Origin: Lachnospiraceae bacterium
GTDB lineage: Bacteria; Bacillota; Clostridia; Lachnospirales; Lachnospiraceae
Direction: 5' to 3'
DNA: 64,000 nucleotides
Assembly: GCA_020860755.1 (NCBI GenBank)
Contig: JAJBTQ010000027.1
Coordinates: forward strand, 7,489 to 71,488
Shown here: one piece after another, positions 42,826 to 52,064 of the stretch
Numbering within the stretch: the first letter of the stretch is position 1
Layout of the letters: every line of letters begins with the position of its first letter
Notes under the pieces: model-generated
Seen by the model: the letters and a program-made list of their open reading frames with translations, nothing else
Told to the model about the DNA's origin: nothing
Database searches by the model: none
Position numbers and translations under genes: made by a program

Positions 42826-45051
42826 TTGGGAAAGTACGACACTTTAAATGAACAGCAAATGGCGGCGGTCCTTCAGACGGAGGGACCGCTGTTGATACTG
42901 GCAGGCGCGGGTTCAGGAAAGACCCGTGTGTTGACGCATCGGGCTGCCTACCTCATCGAGGAAAAGGGCGTGGATCCCTGGAATATCATGGCCATCACGT
43001 TTACAAACAAGACCGCAGGCGAGATGCGTGAGCGGATCGACGAGCTCGTCGGCATGGGCTCGGAGAGCATCTGGGTGAGCACGTTCCACTCGGCCTGTGT
43101 GAGGATCCTGCGCCGCTATATTGACCGGCTCGGATACGACAACAACTTCACGATCTACGACGCGGAGGATCAAAAGACCGTCATGAAGGATATCTTAAAG
43201 CGGATGCAGATCGACACGAAGACATACAAGGACAAGACGTTCTTAAACGCGATCTCTTCCGCCAAGGATGAATTGATCTCCCCGGAGGAGTATGCCGTAA
43301 AGGCCGCAGCGGACTTTGGCCTGAAGCGAAAGTCTGACGTCTATACCGAGTATCAGAAGACCCTAAAGCGAAACAACGCTCTGGACTTTGACGATCTGAT
43401 TGTCAAATGTGTGGAGCTCTTAAAGAATGACAGCGACGTGCTGGAGTACTATCAGGAGCGATTTCGCTATCTCATGGTGGACGAGTATCAGGATACAAAT
43501 ACGGCCCAGTTTCATCTTGTCCGGCTGCTGGCCGGAAAATACCGGAACCTCTGTGTCGTGGGCGACGATGACCAGTCCATCTACAAGTTCCGCGGAGCGA
43601 ACATCGAAAACATCCTCTCCTTTGAGAAATATTTCCCGGATGCGACTGTCATCCGTCTGGAGGAGAACTACCGTTCCACCCAAAACATCTTAGATGCCGC
43701 CAATGCGGTGATAAAAAACAATAAGGGGCGGAAGGAAAAGTCTCTCTGGACCCGAGGGGAGACCGGAGATGAGATCGCATTTTTCCAGGTCGACAGTGCC
43801 TATGAGGAGGCGGAGGTCATTGCCCACAGCATCAACTCCCTCGTGCGAAAAGGCGTATACCGTTACGGCGACAGCGCAGTATTATACCGGACAAACGCCC
43901 AGTCCCGTGTGTTGGAAGAGCGCTTCATTCAGGAGAACATCCCCTACCGCATTTTCGGCGGGGTAAATTTTTATGCGAGACGTGAGATCAAAGATCTGCT
44001 CGCTTACTTAAAGACCATCGACAATGCGAGAGACGACGTGGCCGTGCGCCGCATCATCAACGTGCCGAAGCGCGGGATTGGGGCCGCGACGATCGGGCGT
44101 GTGCAGGACTGGGCCGACGAGAAAGGGATCAGTTTTTATGATGCCTTAACGCAGGCGGATGACATTCCGACTGTCAGCAATGCTTCAGCGTCCCGGGTCC
44201 GTTCGTTCGTTACGTTCATCCGGACGATGCGCAGCAAGGTGCCGTACTTGTCCGTCGCGGATCTTTTAAAAGAGATCATCGAAGACACCGGCTATGAAAA
44301 AGAGCTGCAGGCAGAGGAGAGCGAGGAGGCGCTGGCCAGGATCGAGAACATCGACGAGCTGATCTCTAAGGCTGTGACCTACCGGGAGTCAGCCGAGGAG
44401 CCGAGTCTCTCCGGATTTCTGGAGGAAGTGGCCCTCGTGGCTGACATCGACAATCTCGTGGAGGGCAGCGACTATGTGGCGCTCATGACGCTGCACAGCG
44501 CGAAGGGGCTGGAGTTCCCGAACGTATACTTATCCGGCATGGAGGACGGGCTGTTCCCCAGCTACATGACTATCACGAATGACGACCCCAATGAGCTCGA
44601 GGAGGAGCGCCGGCTGTGCTATGTGGGAATCACACGGGCGAAGGATCACCTTACTCTGACCAGTGCGCGCATGCGCATGACGCGCGGTGAGACCCAGTAC
44701 AACAAAGTGTCCCGTTTTGTAAAGGAGATCCCGGAGGAGCTTTTGTCCGGGACGATCTACGAGCAGCCGCCTCGGGAAGAGCACACTTCGAGGTACAAGA
44801 GCGCATCGACTCAAACACAGAGCCGGCACAAACCCTACGCCAACACACCGGCGAAACAGTTCGGCGATGCGGGGAAGCTTAACTCTCTGGACTACGAGGT
44901 CGGGGACCGGGTAAAACATGCAAAATTCGGCGAGGGAAGTGTGACTGCGATCGCCTCCGGCGGCAGAGATTTTGAGGTGACGGTAAACTTTGACAGGGTT
45001 GGAACAAAAAAAATGTTCGCATCGTTTGCAAAATTACAGAAACTGTGTTAA
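42826..45051 (+). CDS. pcrA: DNA helicase PcrA/UvrD
   Basis: AGAGSGKT, VDEYQD, GDDDQSIY, NYRST, HSAKGLEF, C-terminal Tudor-like domain. Confidence 0.97.
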   Translation: MGKYDTLNEQQMAAVLQTEGPLLILAGAGSGKTRVLTHRAAYLIEEKGVDPWNIMAITFTNKTAGEMRERIDELVGMGSESIWVSTFHSACVRILRRYIDRLGYDNNFTIYDAEDQKTVMKDILKRMQIDTKTYKDKTFLNAISSAKDELISPEEYAVKAAADFGLKRKSDVYTEYQKTLKRNNALDFDDLIVKCVELLKNDSDVLEYYQERFRYLMVDEYQDTNTAQFHLVRLLAGKYRNLCVVGDDDQSIYKFRGANIENILSFEKYFPDATVIRLEENYRSTQNILDAANAVIKNNKGRKEKSLWTRGETGDEIAFFQVDSAYEEAEVIAHSINSLVRKGVYRYGDSAVLYRTNAQSRVLEERFIQENIPYRIFGGVNFYARREIKDLLAYLKTIDNARDDVAVRRIINVPKRGIGAATIGRVQDWADEKGISFYDALTQADDIPTVSNASASRVRSFVTFIRTMRSKVPYLSVADLLKEIIEDTGYEKELQAEESEEALARIENIDELISKAVTYRESAEEPSLSGFLEEVALVADIDNLVEGSDYVALMTLHSAKGLEFPNVYLSGMEDGLFPSYMTITNDDPNELEEERRLCYVGITRAKDHLTLTSARMRMTRGETQYNKVSRFVKEIPEELLSGTIYEQPPREEHTSRYKSASTQTQSRHKPYANTPAKQFGDAGKLNSLDYEVGDRVKHAKFGEGSVTAIASGGRDFEVTVNFDRVGTKKMFASFAKLQKLC

Positions 45052-45129
45052 ACTGTGTTTGAAGATTGAGCGCGTCGATAATTATCGATGTCTCAAGGGC
45101 AATACGGAAGGTGTTGAAAGGAGAAATTA

Positions 45130-45375
45130 GTGATGGGAGGCAAGTTGGAAGATATGATGAGTGCAGTAAATCTTGCAGGCTTTTTAACAGAAGAGAGAAA
45201 GAAAGTGCTGCGTCGTATCCTGATCATCGCAGGGATCGTATGTGCAGCAGCTGTTGTAGCATATCTGATCTACAGATTCTTCGTACCGGACTATATGGAT
45301 GACTTCGAGGATGAGTTCGAAGAAGAGTTCGAAGATGACTTCTTTGATGATGACGTAGAAGAATTCGAAGAATAA
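45130..45375 (+). CDS. Small single-TM protein with acidic tail (DUF4366-like)
   Basis: RBS AAGGAG; TM helix then YRFFVPDYMDDFEDEF. Confidence 0.75.
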   Translation: MMGGKLEDMMSAVNLAGFLTEERKKVLRRILIIAGIVCAAAVVAYLIYRFFVPDYMDDFEDEFEEEFEDDFFDDDVEEFEE

Positions 45376-45406
45376 GTTGCAGACAGGATAATTAAATAGG
45401 AAATGG

Positions 45407-45442
45407 AGAGCAGTTCGTGCGGCGTGCGCGGGCTGCTTTTTT
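45407..45442 (+). terminator. Intrinsic terminator
   Basis: AGAGCAGTTCGTGC-GGCGT-GCGCGGGCTGCTTT then T-run. Confidence 0.7.
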
Positions 45443-45446
45443 GTGC

Positions 45447-45718
45447 TATGATACAAGGGGACGATAAGTCGGAAAACGGATGCTTGCATCCGATTTTTCG
45501 CCTTTCGGACCCGAACAAACATGAACGCCTAAGCGACGAGCGCGGACGATGACGCAGCACACCTCGGCTGCTTGCAGACAGATGTGTGCTTCGGAAGAGT
45601 CCGATGTGAGTGCAACGAACATCGAGAAAACGTAGTTTTCGAGATGGGTGCTCGGAGCGTTGTATAGAGTTTGTAGGATTGCGGGAGTGCGCAGCACGGA
45701 GCAATCCGTAGTATCATA
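45447..45718. mobile_element. Candidate MITE/REP-like non-coding structured element (272 bp)
   Basis: Ends TATGATAC / GTATCATA are an 8-bp inverted repeat; at least 6 internal stems; no credible ORF; single copy in this window. Confidence 0.5.
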
Positions 45719-45741
45719 AGATATGTAAAGGAGAATCCACC

Positions 45742-47235
45742 TTGAAAAAAGGTCAGGTTTTTGAGGGAGAAGTAAATAAGCTTAAGTTTCCGAATAAAGG
45801 TATGGTCGTGGACAGTCGACTCATGGAAGAGACTGCTGAGGGCAGATTTGTGCCCGCCGGGGAGGCTGCCGAGGGTGAGAACTGCACGGTCGTGGTAAAG
45901 AATACGCTTCCGGGACAGCGGGTGCGCTTCGCAGTCAGCAAAAAGCGCCACGGTACCGCCGAGGGGCGGCTGCTTGAAGTGGTGGAGAGGGCTCCGATGG
46001 AGCTCGAGATTCCATACTGTGAACACTACGGGGCCTGTGGGGGATGCAGCTATCAGACGCTTCCGTATGAAGAGCAGCTCAAACTTAAGTCCGGGCAGGT
46101 GCTGGATCTTTTGACAAGTGTAGCGCCGGACGCGGCGGGGTGTTTTGAGGGGATCTGTCCCAGTCCGCAGCAGTTCGGCTACCGCAACAAGATGGAATTT
46201 ACATTCGGGGATGAGTACAAAGATGGTCCGCTTGCGCTTGGGCTTCACCGGCGTGGCGGCATGTACGATATCGTGAATGTGGATCACTGCAGGATCGTGG
46301 ACGAGGACTTCCGGAAGATCCTCTCTGCGACACGGGATTACTTTTGTGAAAGGGGGACTCCGTTTTATCACCGGACGCGGCAGGAAGGGTATCTGCGTCA
46401 TCTGCTTGTGAGAAAGGCCGCGCAGACAGAGGAGATCCTCGTGGATCTCGTGACGACGTCACAGAGTGCGGGTACGGCTGAAAAAAATGAAATGGGTCCG
46501 GAGAGAGATCTGCTGGAAGGCTGGAAGAATACGCTTTTATCCCTCCCGCTTCACGGCACGCTGGCCGGCATCCTGCACACGACAAACGATCGCCCGGCTG
46601 ACGCGGTGATCGACGAGGGGACAAAGGTTCTTTACGGGCAGGACTTTTTCTACGAGGAGATCTTGGGACTTACGTTTCGGATCACCCCGTTTTCTTTCTT
46701 TCAAACAAACTCCTTAGGCGCTGAGGTGCTCTACGAAAGTGCCCGGGACTTTATTCGTGAGGCGTTTGAGGAAGCCGGGCAGGATCTGACAGGAAAGACA
46801 GTCTTTGATCTCTACAGCGGCACCGGCACGATCGCGCAGATGCTGGCGCCTGCCGCCGGCCGGGTCGTCGGCGTGGAGATCGTGGAGGAGGCTGTGGAGG
46901 CGGCGCGGGAAAATGCGGCCGAAAACGGGCTTGCCAACTGCGAATTTATTGCCGGGGATGTGCTGCAGATATTGGATGAACTGCCGGACAGACCGGATTT
47001 TATCGTACTGGACCCGCCCAGAGACGGTGTGCACCCAAAGGCGTTAAAGAAGATCGTTGGATACGGCGTAGACAGGATGCTCTATATTTCCTGCAAGCCG
47101 ACAAGCCTGATAAGAGATTTAAAAATTCTGCAGGAGAGCGGATATCACATCGAGCGGCTTAGCTGCGTGGATATGTTTCCGGGCACGGTGCATGTGGAGA
47201 CGGTCGCTTTGCTGAAAAAGAACACAACATGTTGA
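45742..47235 (+). CDS. rlmD: 23S rRNA m5U methyltransferase (TrmA/RlmD family)
   Basis: TRAM domain, CEHYGACGGC, YRNK, SFFQTN, DLYSGTG, LDPPR, YISCKP, DMFPGTVHVE. Confidence 0.93.
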   Translation: MKKGQVFEGEVNKLKFPNKGMVVDSRLMEETAEGRFVPAGEAAEGENCTVVVKNTLPGQRVRFAVSKKRHGTAEGRLLEVVERAPMELEIPYCEHYGACGGCSYQTLPYEEQLKLKSGQVLDLLTSVAPDAAGCFEGICPSPQQFGYRNKMEFTFGDEYKDGPLALGLHRRGGMYDIVNVDHCRIVDEDFRKILSATRDYFCERGTPFYHRTRQEGYLRHLLVRKAAQTEEILVDLVTTSQSAGTAEKNEMGPERDLLEGWKNTLLSLPLHGTLAGILHTTNDRPADAVIDEGTKVLYGQDFFYEEILGLTFRITPFSFFQTNSLGAEVLYESARDFIREAFEEAGQDLTGKTVFDLYSGTGTIAQMLAPAAGRVVGVEIVEEAVEAARENAAENGLANCEFIAGDVLQILDELPDRPDFIVLDPPRDGVHPKALKKIVGYGVDRMLYISCKPTSLIRDLKILQESGYHIERLSCVDMFPGTVHVETVALLKKNTTC

Positions 47236-47296
47236 TAAAAAAATCGCCAGAGTGGCATATCTTGTGATATAATCGATATCAAAGGGAGGAAAAGAT

Positions 47297-47728
47297 ATGA
47301 TACTGATCCAGTGTGTGGATGATGAGATGGGCACGTCTTTCGGCGGGAAACGCCAAAGCCGTGACCGGGAAGTGACAAGAGACATCTTAAGGCTTGCGTC
47401 GGACAGCGTTCTTCGGACGGACGCTTATACCGGCAAGCTGCTGTTGGCGGACAAAGAGTTTTTTTCTGCGGACACCGTATCGCCGGAAAACATTCTGGTA
47501 AGCGACGACTGTCTCGAGGTGGCAGACCCCGGAGAGTACTGCTTTGTGGAGCTTATGGACGTCAGCTCCTGTATGGACCGGGTGGAAGAGATCGTTTTAT
47601 ATCACTGGAACCGGGCCTACCCTTCCACTGAGAAATTTACTATGCCGGACGGATATGCGCTCAGCGTGACGGAGGAGTTTGCCGGATATTCCCACGAGAA
47701 GATCACGAAAGAGGTATACATTAAATGA
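47297..47728 (+). CDS. Hypothetical protein, possibly degenerate DHFR-like fold
   Basis: RBS GGAGG; CVDD..G..F..KRQSRD, YHWNRAYPS, FAGYSHEKITKEVY; stop overlaps next ATG. Confidence 0.7.
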   Translation: MILIQCVDDEMGTSFGGKRQSRDREVTRDILRLASDSVLRTDAYTGKLLLADKEFFSADTVSPENILVSDDCLEVADPGEYCFVELMDVSSCMDRVEEIVLYHWNRAYPSTEKFTMPDGYALSVTEEFAGYSHEKITKEVYIK

Positions 47729-48717
47729 GAAGAGGCCGCTTTTATAAATTGTTCCTGCCGGTGATCCTGATTGCGGCGCTTTTGTTTTCCGGAACGGCGT
47801 TCGCAAACGATACGGCTTTGACCGGGCAGGCGGAAGAACAGTCTGCCGCGGCAGAGCCGGCTTTTACGGCGCAGGACATTCCCGCATACGATTCCGAACC
47901 GTACGCGATCATCAATGACAACGAGCCGTTCTTTTCGGAAGGCGAGATCACGACGGATGTCTTTGAGACCTACTCGAAGCTTGATTCCCTCGGACGGTGC
48001 GGCACCGCTTATGCCAACGTTTGTCAGGAGTTGATGCCGACGGAGGAGCGCGAATCGATCAGCGATGTCAAGCCGACGGGCTGGCACAACAAAAAGTACG
48101 ACTTCGTGGAGGGCAGATATGTATACAACCGCTGTCACCTGATCGCTTTCGAGCTGGCGGCGGAGAATGCGAATAAGCAGAACCTGATCACCGGGACGCG
48201 CTATTTCAATGTGACAGGCATGCTCCCGTTTGAAAACATGGTCGCCGACTACGTAAAGGAGACCGACAACCACGTGCTCTACCGCGTGACCCCCGTCTTT
48301 GAGGGGGACAATCTGGTCGCCGACGGCGTGCTGATGGAGGCTTACTCCGTGGAGGATGAGGGCGACGGCATCTGTTACTGCGTGTTCGTCTATAATGTGC
48401 AGCCGGGCGTTGAGATCGACTATGCGACAGGAGAGAACCGTGCAGACGGGACGCTTACCGGAAGTGAGGAGAGTGCCGCACAGCTGGCCGGGATCGGAGA
48501 TACCGCGGCGCAGACAAGTGTGAGCACGGACTATGCCGGGAGCAGCGTTTCCGACGAGGAGGGTACCTATGTCTTAAATACAGGGTCGCAGAAGTTTCAC
48601 AAGCTGAGCTGCTCAAGCGTCCCCAAGATCAGCGACAGCAACCGGCAAAGCTATACCGGCAGCCGGGATAAGCTGATCGAACAGGGCTATGTCCCCTGCG
48701 GTGCGTGCAAGCCGTGA
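47725..48717 (+). CDS. Secreted DNA/RNA non-specific endonuclease (beta-beta-alpha-Me, EndA-like) with C-terminal Cys-rich metal-binding domain
   Basis: Signal peptide; LDSLGRC, YNRCHLI..ELAAENAN..NLITGT, YRVTP; C-terminal KFH..C...PCGACKP. Confidence 0.88.
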   Translation: MRRGRFYKLFLPVILIAALLFSGTAFANDTALTGQAEEQSAAAEPAFTAQDIPAYDSEPYAIINDNEPFFSEGEITTDVFETYSKLDSLGRCGTAYANVCQELMPTEERESISDVKPTGWHNKKYDFVEGRYVYNRCHLIAFELAAENANKQNLITGTRYFNVTGMLPFENMVADYVKETDNHVLYRVTPVFEGDNLVADGVLMEAYSVEDEGDGICYCVFVYNVQPGVEIDYATGENRADGTLTGSEESAAQLAGIGDTAAQTSVSTDYAGSSVSDEEGTYVLNTGSQKFHKLSCSSVPKISDSNRQSYTGSRDKLIEQGYVPCGACKP

Positions 48718-48737
48718 AGATGAAAAAAGAAAGATAT

Positions 48738-48773
48738 TAAAAAAATCCCCGCCTTTCGGCGGGGATTTTTAAT
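48738..48773. terminator. Bidirectional terminator
   Basis: AAAAATCCCCGCC-TTTC-GGCGGGGATTTTT between convergent genes. Confidence 0.8.
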
Positions 48774-48803
48774 GTCATAAGATGAAAGATCAGTTTGCAG
48801 GGA

Positions 48804-49619
48804 TCAGGCCCAGTTGTCCTTCTCCTCCTCATAGATAGAGGGAAGGATCGCGGACAGATTCGCAAACTCTTTTACGTTGTGGTTCAACAGACAGATCGGA
48901 CCCGCGGCCGGGATCTTTACATCGTCCGGGATGCATTTTACAGCTTCGCCGTCTATGATCTGCCATCCGAACCAGAAGCGGGAACGCAGCTCCGAGCCGC
49001 CTTCAACCGGACGTAAGAAGTGCGTCATCACAACCGGGACATCCGGAGTTTGGTCGTCACCCATGATCTGCACGTTGGCCGTGACCAGCGCATTGCACGC
49101 GTCTGTTCCGATCTTGCTTGCGTCATACCCCATATAGGATGGGCTCTTAAATGAGAGCAGCAGCAGGTCTGTCTGACCCAGTCCGATATCTTCCCAGATG
49201 TGGTGTACGCTGTCCCAGGTACGCTCCTGCATGGAAAGACTCATATCCAGTGCCCTCGCCGGATCCTCCAGATAGACATCATAGTGGTCTTCGTTGTCCC
49301 AGCAGGCATAGCGAAGACGATCGATGGGATGCCATGCGAACCACCAGTCAAACATTTCTCCGGTCACACCGGGGAAAAACGTCTGATTGGCTACCAGACC
49401 CGTGCCATCCTCCAAAAGCCACCAGCCGAACTCGCCGGGCAGGTTGCCGGGCAGGAACAGATCGTTGCGGTCCTGGATCCGATGTGCAGTCGCACTGTCA
49501 TAGGGCTCATCCGTGATCCGGTCGTACTTCTCCTGCGGTGCAGCCGTGAGATCCTGTGCATAATACTTGTAGTAACTCTTTTTGCGGTCCTCTAAGGACG
49601 CAGGTACCTTCTTTGCCAT
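48804..49619 (-). CDS. Phloretin hydrolase/DAPG hydrolase (PhlG family) C-C hydrolase, paralogue A
   Basis: SYYKYY, DGTGLVANQTFFPGVTGEMFDWWFAWH, LRY..WD.EDHY, WEDIG, MTH, SRFW, NHNVKEF.NL..ILP; closely resembles Eubacterium ramulus Phy as recalled. Confidence 0.88.
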   Translation of the reverse strand: MAKKVPASLEDRKKSYYKYYAQDLTAAPQEKYDRITDEPYDSATAHRIQDRNDLFLPGNLPGEFGWWLLEDGTGLVANQTFFPGVTGEMFDWWFAWHPIDRLRYACWDNEDHYDVYLEDPARALDMSLSMQERTWDSVHHIWEDIGLGQTDLLLLSFKSPSYMGYDASKIGTDACNALVTANVQIMGDDQTPDVPVVMTHFLRPVEGGSELRSRFWFGWQIIDGEAVKCIPDDVKIPAAGPICLLNHNVKEFANLSAILPSIYEEEKDNWA

Positions 49620-49806
49620 AGTAACTCCTCCTTGAAAAAATAATATACAAACATTTTATAGCCTTTATTATAAAGCTCTGGTTCGATTCCTGCAAGGATT
49701 TTCGCAGTCTTGTTCGGTTTTTTGGAAGTCCCTTATGTTGGACAGTATGGTTGGCATAATTTAGAAAAGGAGCGTAGATTGAAAATTTAGAAAAGGAGGC
49801 GGGGAA

Positions 49807-50124
49807 ATGGCAAAAGAAAAGTATATCACGATCACAGGAATGAAGCATTACTTTGGATTGAAGCCGTTTAAGGTCGGAAAGAAGGTGCACTGCAGGAAGG
49901 AGCCGGACAACCGGATTGATTCCGAAGCCATCAAGGTTACCATTAAGCACGTCGGAAAGGTCGGCTATGTTTCGAACTCGCCGTTTACCGGAGCGACAGG
50001 CACCATGAGCGCCGGGCGGATCTATGAGCAGGTTGGGGAGGAGTTCAAAGCAGAGGTGATGTTCCTCACGCCTTCCATGGTGATCTGCAGGGTGCTGCCG
50101 AAGGAGGACGACAGCGGGGAATAG
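49807..50124 (+). CDS. Stand-alone HIRAN domain protein
   Basis: ITGMKHY, KEPDNRIDSEAIKV, KVGYV. Confidence 0.82.
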   Translation: MAKEKYITITGMKHYFGLKPFKVGKKVHCRKEPDNRIDSEAIKVTIKHVGKVGYVSNSPFTGATGTMSAGRIYEQVGEEFKAEVMFLTPSMVICRVLPKEDDSGE

Positions 50125-50176
50125 GAACAGGAGCCTGATTGTCAGACAAAAAACACCGGAACGTATTTATACACAT

Positions 50177-50210
50177 GGCCGCGGAAGTAATTTTCCGCGG
50201 CCGTTTATTT
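50177..50210 (+). terminator. Hairpin/terminator after HIRAN gene
   Basis: GGCCGCGGAA-GTAATT-TTCCGCGGCC then GTTTATTT. Confidence 0.6.
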
Positions 50211-50259
50211 ATGATATAATAAAAGCCGGAATTTCCCTGTTTAGTGGAGGAGAATCAAC

Positions 50260-50754
50260 ATGAGTGATCAGATTATCTGTTTTTACAATATCGGCGACGA
50301 AAACGAGTTCCTTAGCAATTGGTATGTTTCACCATTTGAACTGGACGGCATCCGTTTTTTCTGTATCGAGCAGTACATGATGTATCGGAAGGCGGCCGTG
50401 TTTCATGACGAGGAGGCCATGGCTGCGATCCTGGCATCGGATGATCAGGGGGAGATCAAAGCGCTGGGCCGGGGCGTTAAAAATTATGACGGTACGACCT
50501 GGGAAGGACTGCGCCAAGCAGTCGTCTTTCGCGGCATGCTGGCAAAGTTTTCCCAGAATCCTAAGCTGCTTGACCTGCTTCGCGCCACCGGCGATGCGGT
50601 CCTGGTGGAGTGCTCACCGACAGATCAGATCTGGGGAGTCGGGCTTTTGCTGGATGACGAACGCCGGTATGATCCGCTGCAGTGGCAGGGACAGAATCTC
50701 TGCGGATATACGCTGATGGAGGTGAGGGAGCAGCTGACGAAAAATGACATGTGA
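50260..50754 (+). CDS. NADAR family protein (YbiA/RibX-like)
   Basis: FLSNWY, EQYMMYRKA, KALGR, AKFSQN, LVECSPTDQIWGVG, GQNLCG..LMEVR. Confidence 0.92.
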   Translation: MSDQIICFYNIGDENEFLSNWYVSPFELDGIRFFCIEQYMMYRKAAVFHDEEAMAAILASDDQGEIKALGRGVKNYDGTTWEGLRQAVVFRGMLAKFSQNPKLLDLLRATGDAVLVECSPTDQIWGVGLLLDDERRYDPLQWQGQNLCGYTLMEVREQLTKNDM

Positions 50755-50762
50755 AATTGTAC

Positions 50763-50850
50763 TGAAACCATGATTTCATTTCATGTTCAAACCCCTTGAA
50801 ATGCCGCCTGTTTTTTCTTAGAATTCAGATGAAACGGGGGCATTTTTTTA
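50763..50850 (+). promoter_or_regulatory. Promoter and inverted repeats upstream of amidohydrolase
   Basis: TGAAACCATGATTTCA near-palindrome (50763-50778); TTGAAA-N17-TAGAAT (50796-50824). Confidence 0.5.
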
Positions 50851-50921
50851 TGAAATCTTTTAAGAGAGATGTCTCCCCATCATTATTGGTATAAAATAAT
50901 ATATGAACGAGGGGAAGGTAT

Positions 50922-51923
50922 ATGAACATGACTAAAATTGACTTAGAAAACCATTTTTATGCGGATTGCCTGATTGAAGCACTTGCGGAGCGGACCGAGC
51001 CGCCTCGCATCACAAAGGACCGCAGTGTGATATGGTGGACAGATTTCATTGATATGCAACAGGGGAGACTGCTGGACATACTTCTCGACCTTGCGGAAGA
51101 GCGCAAGCAGGCGATGGAGAGAAATGGGATCACCTGTGCAGTGCTCAGCTCCTCCGCGGGACCGGAGCAGCTGGATACGGCGAAGAGCATTGAGGTCTGC
51201 AGGGGAACCAATGATGTGTTATATGAAGTGACGAAGAAATATCCCGGACAGTATCTGGGAAGCGCGATCCTGCCTGTAAATGATGTGGATGCCGCCTGCG
51301 CCGAGCTGGAGCGATGCGTCAAAGACCTCGGATTTGTTTCGTGGCAGACCCATTCCAACTATGGGGCACACTCTGCAGATGAAGAGCAGTACAGACCCAT
51401 CTTTCAAAAAGCCGCGGATCTGGGCGTATACGTCTACCTGCATCCGCAGATCCCGAATGAGGGGCGTTTGAACAACCTTGGCTTTACTGTTGCCGGTGCG
51501 GGGCTGGGGTTCACGGAAAACACGATCGAGACATTAGTCAGGCTGGTGATCTCCGGAATATTTGATGAAATTCCCAACCTCAAATTAGTGCTGGGGCATC
51601 TGGGCGAAGCCATTCCGTTCCTGCTGGAGCGCATGGACAACCGCTTATTCTTCATCCCCAACCCCAACATCAAATGCGAACATACGCTTCGCTATTATTT
51701 CGAACACAATATCATGGTGACGACCAGCGGAAATATGTCACCGGAAGCGTTTGAATGTACGAAGAGTGTCCTCGGGATCGATAAGATCTGTTTTGGCAGC
51801 GATTACCCTTACGAAAATGTGGATGAGATGTCAGCGTTTGTAGATGGCCTTCCTCTCTCTGAAGAAGAGCGAGAACTGGTGAATTATAAAAACGCGGTGG
51901 AACAGCTTGGCATTAAACTGTAA
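50922..51923 (+). CDS. Amidohydrolase_2 family, aromatic-acid decarboxylase-like (gamma-resorcylate/2,3-DHB/LigW group)
   Basis: KIDLENHF (ExH), VYLHP, GHLGEAIPFLLERMD, VTTSG, FGSDYPY. Confidence 0.85.
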   Translation: MNMTKIDLENHFYADCLIEALAERTEPPRITKDRSVIWWTDFIDMQQGRLLDILLDLAEERKQAMERNGITCAVLSSSAGPEQLDTAKSIEVCRGTNDVLYEVTKKYPGQYLGSAILPVNDVDAACAELERCVKDLGFVSWQTHSNYGAHSADEEQYRPIFQKAADLGVYVYLHPQIPNEGRLNNLGFTVAGAGLGFTENTIETLVRLVISGIFDEIPNLKLVLGHLGEAIPFLLERMDNRLFFIPNPNIKCEHTLRYYFEHNIMVTTSGNMSPEAFECTKSVLGIDKICFGSDYPYENVDEMSAFVDGLPLSEEERELVNYKNAVEQLGIKL

Positions 51924-51993
51924 CAGGTTTAAAAAAAATAATCCTTTCGTTTTAAACCACATATATCCACGCAGAGCAAAGAGCTTGTTTTAT

Positions 51994-52037
51994 AAAGGCG
52001 GACTATGGTAAAATAAAACCGATAGCCCGCCTTTTTT
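51994..52037 (+). terminator. Terminator after amidohydrolase
   Basis: AAAGGCGG.CTAT...ATAG.CCGCCTTT then T-run. Confidence 0.6.
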
Positions 52038-52064
52038 ATTATATATTCATTTGGAGGAAAAAGC

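Noticed and set aside
45291-46401. Minus-strand ORFs across the structured element as a transposase or IscB/TnpB
   Set aside because: No HUH, DDE, RuvC or HNH motifs; they are shadows of rlmD or of the palindromic DNA
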